Positions 59,878-64,000 of a stretch of 64,000 nt of DNA are shown piece by piece (positions within the stretch are counted from its first letter, which is position 1; every line of letters starts with the position of its first letter). Made by a program: the position numbers and the translations under genes. The notes under the pieces were generated by a model, which ran no database searches, was not told the origin of the DNA, and saw only the letters and a list, made by a program, of their open reading frames with translations. Source of the DNA: an uncultured delta proteobacterium (GTDB lineage Bacteria; Desulfobacterota; Desulfobaccia; Desulfobaccales; 0-14-0-80-60-11); contig CAVXZU010000014.1 of assembly GCA_963766185.1 (NCBI GenBank), positions 113,128-177,127 of the forward strand, written 5' to 3'.

Positions 59878-60271
59878 GATGCTCCTGGCGCAGCCGGGCC
59901 CAACGTTCACGGACCAATTCCTCTCCCTCGGCCCGGTTCCATCCGAGCGTTACGGCCGAGGCCAGGAGCGCCGCTGCCTGGCGGAATTTGTCGGCTATCG
60001 GCGTGGAGGCCAGCTCATCCTTTTCGGCGGCATTGACGGCTTGCCACCTCTGCTGGAAAGCCTGGGCCTCTCCCTTGGTCAAGGCTTCGCCCGAGGCAGC
60101 CTCCATTTCCCGGAGCCGGGTCAAGAGAAACGGCTGAGGACGCCGGCGGCCATTTTCCCACTGGTTTACCGTGCTGAAGGTAACCCCGACTTCGGCGGCG
60201 AACTGCTCCTGGGTCAACCCCAACCGCTTTCGCAAGCTCTTTACTAAAGGAGGAATATCGATGGCAGCCAC
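59870..60271 (-). CDS. XRE-family helix-turn-helix protein with C-terminal extension
   Basis: LRKRLGLTQEQFAAEVGVTFSTVNQWENGRRRP is a canonical HTH_3/XRE motif. A ~75-aa helical tail follows. Confidence 0.85.
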   Translation of the reverse strand: MAAIDIPPLVKSLRKRLGLTQEQFAAEVGVTFSTVNQWENGRRRPQPFLLTRLREMEAASGEALTKGEAQAFQQRWQAVNAAEKDELASTPIADKFRQAAALLASAVTLGWNRAEGEELVRERWARLRQEHHG

Positions 60272-60441
60272 AGTAAATGGGTTCTCCCTATTTAATCTAC
60301 TATATCATTCAAAATACTCATTTTGTCAAAACATTCGGCAACGATCTCCCGGACAGGCTCCCCAGGGTCTTGGCCTCTTGAATGTATTCTTTCAAGTGAT
60401 TAATTATTATTAGATAAATTGAATTCTCTAAAGAGGACACA

Positions 60442-62844
60442 ATGCGACCGCGCCAGGTGAAATTTCCTTTCAAAAGTAGACTGAGCCTGAAGCCACTGCT
60501 GGATTTCTGGGAAGGCTTATTGGCTGAAGGCAAATGTGGCATGAGTTCCTTGGGGCCGGTTATCCGGCAAAAGTTGGAGAACACCCCTGAGCTCAGGGAA
60601 CCCATCGAGGACCTCTCCATCCTGGAAAATCACCGGGAATTCATTGATCTGCTGATGACCGTGGTGTTCCCGCCGGCGTTTTGGGAGACTGATTGCGCCG
60701 CCGCCTTCGTGCCCTTCCAGTTTACCAGCTTTTATGCCACCCCGGCCTTCAAGACCATGTTCAGGATGGCAGGACCGGGTTTTACGCCACAATTAAACAT
60801 TGACCCCCAAGAGTGGCAATGGGGCCGGACCCTCAAGGCGTATGTTCTTATCCTGAATAAATATTACGGCATCGACCTCACCTGGGATCATCCCCTGATT
60901 GCCAAAGCCCGATGCCCCAAAACCGGCATGGATCGGTTCTTTAATATCGTCCTAGACCCCAAATTCCTGGAAATCAGAGCGATTGGAGAACCCAGGAGTT
61001 TGACGGAAGCAGACCGGAACCGGCTTCTGGCTAACGTTACTAACCTGAAACTATGGATGGAGCTGATACCCCCGGAGAACTTTGAATTTCACGGTCTTGG
61101 CGTGTTCAAGGCTGTAGATGTGACGGCTCGGGAGATATTATCGGCCCTCCAGGCGGATCTGTTCGAAAAGGAAGCGATTTTTCAGCAGGATGGTTTTGAC
61201 GGCCTCAGGGAAAAATTGCAGATCTATTTGCAGGAGAAAGACCTGGCCCTGGTCTTGGCCGCCATCCGGGGTGAACAGATTCTCATCTTACCGATTGCCC
61301 ATAAACAGCCGGAAACGTGCTGCGTCCTGGAGTATGCGCAGCATTACCAAAGAAGTGATTTCCAAGGATCAATCCTCTCCCAGGCGATGAGGCGAAGCGA
61401 ACCTCTGATCATCGAAGATCTGCAGTATTATCCTAAAAGCACGCCCCTGGAAGAGCGCCTGCTTGAGCAAGGGTGCCGTAGCCTCTATGTCGCCCCCCTT
61501 ACCTACCAGGATAGGCTCCTGGGAACCTTGATGCTCAAGTCAACCCGGGCCGGGGCGTTGAACGCCCTGAACACGGCCAACCTGGACCAGGTGCTGCCGT
61601 TGTTTGCCGTGGCCTTGAATCGCAGCCTGGAACAACTGAACCAAAAGATTCAAGGGGTCATCAAGGAAGAGTTCACCGCGATCCACCCCTCGGTGGAATG
61701 GCGCTTTCAGCAGGCCGCCCTGCACCATATCCAGCATAAGGACGAAGGAGTTTCCGGGCTGGAACCCATTGTCTTCCATCAAGTCTATCCCCTGTTCGGC
61801 GTTTCGGATATCCGGATGTCCAGTGATCATCGCAACGCCGCCATCCAGGCCGATCTCGTCGAACACTTCCGCCTGGCCCAAGAAATCCTGCGGCTTGCCT
61901 ATGCCCACCGGCCCTTGCCGATCCTGGCGGCCTACAGCCATCGCGTCGACCAGCAGGTTAAAGCCCTGAAGGTTGGCCTGAATGCGGGGGACGAGATCAC
62001 CAAGCCGATGTTCATCCAACAGTCGATCGAACCCATTTTTGACCATGTGGCAGGCTTCGGCGCCCCGGTGGCCGAAAAGATAGCCTCTTACCGGGCCGCT
62101 CTGGATCCTCAGATGCAGACGATATACCGGAGCCGGCGAGACTTTGAGGACAGTCTCAAGCTTATTAATGAGACTATCGCGGCGTATCTGGAGGAGGAGG
62201 AAGCCAAGGCGCAGGAATATTTCCCCCACTATTTTGAAAAACTTAAGACCGACGGGGTGGAACACACCATATATATCGGCGCCAGCATGGTGGAGGACGG
62301 TAATTTCTGTCCCATGTATCTGAAAAACCTGCGCCTCTGGCAGCTTATGGTTACCTGTGAGGTGGTGCGCCGCACCGAGGAAATCAAAGGCAGCCTGGCG
62401 GTGCCCCTGGAGACTACGCACCTTATTTTGGTCCAGGATTCACCGCTCTCCATCTTCTTCAGTCCTGATGAGCGGCACTTCGAAGTGGCGGGGGCTTACG
62501 ATATCCGCCATGAGATCATCAAGAAACGGATTGACAAGGCGGTTATCAAAGGCAAGTCCGAGCGGCTTACGCAACCGGGCAAGATTGCCATTGTGTACTC
62601 CCAAAAACAGGAGGGCGCGGAGTACCTGGAATATATCGATTACCTCCAGGCCTCCGGCATGCTTAAGGCTGGAACGGAGGATGTGGAGTTGGAGGACCTG
62701 CAAGGGGCTCAGGGATTGAAAGCCCTGCGGGTCACAGTAGATTTGCAGGCCTCCCCGCTGCAGGATCAGGCTCTCCCGGAAACCGTCACGGCCGCGGTCA
62801 AGGCCCTGCCCAAGCGGACAGATAATTTGGCGGTGCAAGGTTAG
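60442..62844 (+). CDS. 800-aa GAF-domain protein of unknown function
   Basis: The central GAF-like segment ([49 protein letters not shown]) is the only recognisable module. Confidence 0.65.
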   Translation: MRPRQVKFPFKSRLSLKPLLDFWEGLLAEGKCGMSSLGPVIRQKLENTPELREPIEDLSILENHREFIDLLMTVVFPPAFWETDCAAAFVPFQFTSFYATPAFKTMFRMAGPGFTPQLNIDPQEWQWGRTLKAYVLILNKYYGIDLTWDHPLIAKARCPKTGMDRFFNIVLDPKFLEIRAIGEPRSLTEADRNRLLANVTNLKLWMELIPPENFEFHGLGVFKAVDVTAREILSALQADLFEKEAIFQQDGFDGLREKLQIYLQEKDLALVLAAIRGEQILILPIAHKQPETCCVLEYAQHYQRSDFQGSILSQAMRRSEPLIIEDLQYYPKSTPLEERLLEQGCRSLYVAPLTYQDRLLGTLMLKSTRAGALNALNTANLDQVLPLFAVALNRSLEQLNQKIQGVIKEEFTAIHPSVEWRFQQAALHHIQHKDEGVSGLEPIVFHQVYPLFGVSDIRMSSDHRNAAIQADLVEHFRLAQEILRLAYAHRPLPILAAYSHRVDQQVKALKVGLNAGDEITKPMFIQQSIEPIFDHVAGFGAPVAEKIASYRAALDPQMQTIYRSRRDFEDSLKLINETIAAYLEEEEAKAQEYFPHYFEKLKTDGVEHTIYIGASMVEDGNFCPMYLKNLRLWQLMVTCEVVRRTEEIKGSLAVPLETTHLILVQDSPLSIFFSPDERHFEVAGAYDIRHEIIKKRIDKAVIKGKSERLTQPGKIAIVYSQKQEGAEYLEYIDYLQASGMLKAGTEDVELEDLQGAQGLKALRVTVDLQASPLQDQALPETVTAAVKALPKRTDNLAVQG

Positions 62845-62981
62845 ACCGGGCTGATGCGCAGCACCGGCTTGATGGTGTCGCCCCGCTCGGCATCGGCGCT
62901 GGCCCGGTTGATCTCCCGGAACTCATAGAACTTCACCAATCGGTCCAAGGGAAACCGGCCGGCCTGATAGAGCCCCGGGCC
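62841..62981 (-). pseudogene. C-terminal fragment (~46 aa) of a Zn-dependent alcohol dehydrogenase
   Basis: Minus-strand translation [46 protein letters not shown] matches the conserved MDR-ADH tail. Similarity is lost upstream, a stop appears, and there is no start codon. Convergently overlaps the GAF gene stop. Confidence 0.55.
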
Positions 62982-63066
62982 CCTGCCCAAGGCTCTCCTG
63001 CTCAGGGGGTAAGCCTGGGCCTGCCCCCCATACCTGCAGACAAATCTTGGCCGCTACCGGGCTAAA

Positions 63067-63501
63067 TCAATACCACGGGCCTGCTTCGCCCCATTCGCCC
63101 CAGTCCCAGGCCGCGGCGGCTTGATTCATCTCGGCCGCCTGGTACTGCATCGCCGCCAGGTTGTACTGGGCCGCCAGTCGCTGATATGCCTGGTATTGCT
63201 GCTGGTTGCCGGCATAGAGGCAGCCGCAGCCCGCGGCATCAGCATACACGTAGAACAGCTTCGATCCCCGGCTCGCCATGAAAATCTGTTTCTGGGGCAT
63301 GGCCTGCAAACGGGCTTTCAGCTTAGGCGTAGCGGGGAAAATCTGTTTAAACCCCGCGGCCGAGAGCAGCTGTTCCGCACTCTTGGTTTGCTGGGCTGTT
63401 TCGGCCTGCTCGGCCTGCTGCACGGCGGCGCACCCCCCCAGGACCAGGCTGAGAATGATGAGTCCTGCCGCGCTGATCCACCCAACCGTCGTTTTACGCA
63501 T
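63067..63501 (-). CDS. lipoprotein, Gln/Ala-rich, unknown function
   Basis: Signal peptide with lipobox LSLVLGG/C. RBS AGGAGA upstream. Confidence 0.75.
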   Translation of the reverse strand: MRKTTVGWISAAGLIILSLVLGGCAAVQQAEQAETAQQTKSAEQLLSAAGFKQIFPATPKLKARLQAMPQKQIFMASRGSKLFYVYADAAGCGCLYAGNQQQYQAYQRLAAQYNLAAMQYQAAEMNQAAAAWDWGEWGEAGPWY

Positions 63502-63660
63502 ACGTTATCTCCTTTTCCTGATTTTTGGCGGCCTCACGTGCCTGAGGCGAGGCCTTGGCGACCCCGGAATCCGATAGTGCCGCATTGTGCCCCATAACCC
63601 ATTATCGGCCAGTGGTTGATGATCATAAAATCCGCCGGGACGACAACCGTCTGAGTTATC

Positions 63661-63840
63661 TTACGGCGCCTGCTTCACCGCCGGCGGCTTCCAGGTGCCG
63701 TCGATGATGGAGGCCTTGGGAGGCTCCACCGGCCAGTAGAGCCGGAGCATCAGAACGAATTTATCTTTGGGGGCCGGTTGGCCCCCAGGCCGATGGGTGT
63801 AACCAGGGCCAGGATGACTTTGCCCCCGAAGCCGTGATGC
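63661..63840 (-). pseudogene. C-terminal fragment of a DUF1214/DUF1254-like protein
   Basis: Minus-strand translation ...PAPKDKFVLMLRLYWPVEPPKASIIDGTWKPPAVKQAP* resembles the conserved tail of that family as remembered. The upstream part is out of frame around the c5 run (~63780) and then hits stops. No start codon. Confidence 0.4.
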
Positions 63841-64000
63841 CAGCCGGTCAGTCTTCTCTTGGTGTCTCTCTCAGTTTAACAGCAATTTATTTCTTGATAT
63901 TTTTTCTTGATATAAAGGTTAGACTATTATTTCTTTTGTCAAGGTGTGCGTCCCACCGTCTCCATTGCCGGCCCGCGCCACTACCCCGGGAAAGCGCCGG

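Overview
This is a high-GC bacterial chromosomal segment. Its gene content (NtrC-type sigma-54 regulator, many USP genes, Pat-like ADP-forming acyl-CoA synthetase/GNAT, selC) suggests an anaerobic deltaproteobacterium-like (Desulfobacterota) genome, but that is inference only. All domain calls were made by eye from motifs; no searches were run.

Layout:
- 0-14.2 kb: two paralogous histidine kinase/response regulator modules, four USP-type genes, a TauE exporter, a PEP-utilising enzyme, and an unusual membrane protein made of about 30 consecutive RTxLAxx heptads.
- 14.7-25 kb: housekeeping block (UDPGP-like, RNase E/G, ilvD, dnaN, TIGR04076-like/CGGC, gyrB).
- 25.5-32.6 kb: ECF sigma / anti-sigma / Spy-like envelope-stress module, then a DUF2092 - Gly-rich - V4R - adenylate cyclase operon.
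- 32.66 kb: tRNA-Sec (selC), followed by an ~11.1 kb lower-GC island. The island is bounded by a 29-nt direct repeat of the tRNA 3' end and carries a decayed integrase. It holds one tightly packed minus-strand operon: small Cys protein, 2TM-CBS protein, TM helical protein, ~1,200-aa TM-anchored protein, TPR-CHAT caspase-like protease, DUF4062 protein. This is the best candidate for an undescribed conflict/defence-type system.
- 43.9-47.3 kb: decayed and AT-rich DNA with a SlyD-like PPIase and an orphan DprA-like SLOG gene.
- 47.3-56 kb: ~2,900-aa cyclic beta-1,2-glucan synthase.
- 56-64 kb: Pat-like acetyltransferase, an XRE-HTH + nucleotidyltransferase pair, a GAF protein, and gene remnants.

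At least 13 single-nucleotide frame breaks interrupt conserved genes, including dnaN and gyrB. Consensus indel errors explain this most simply.
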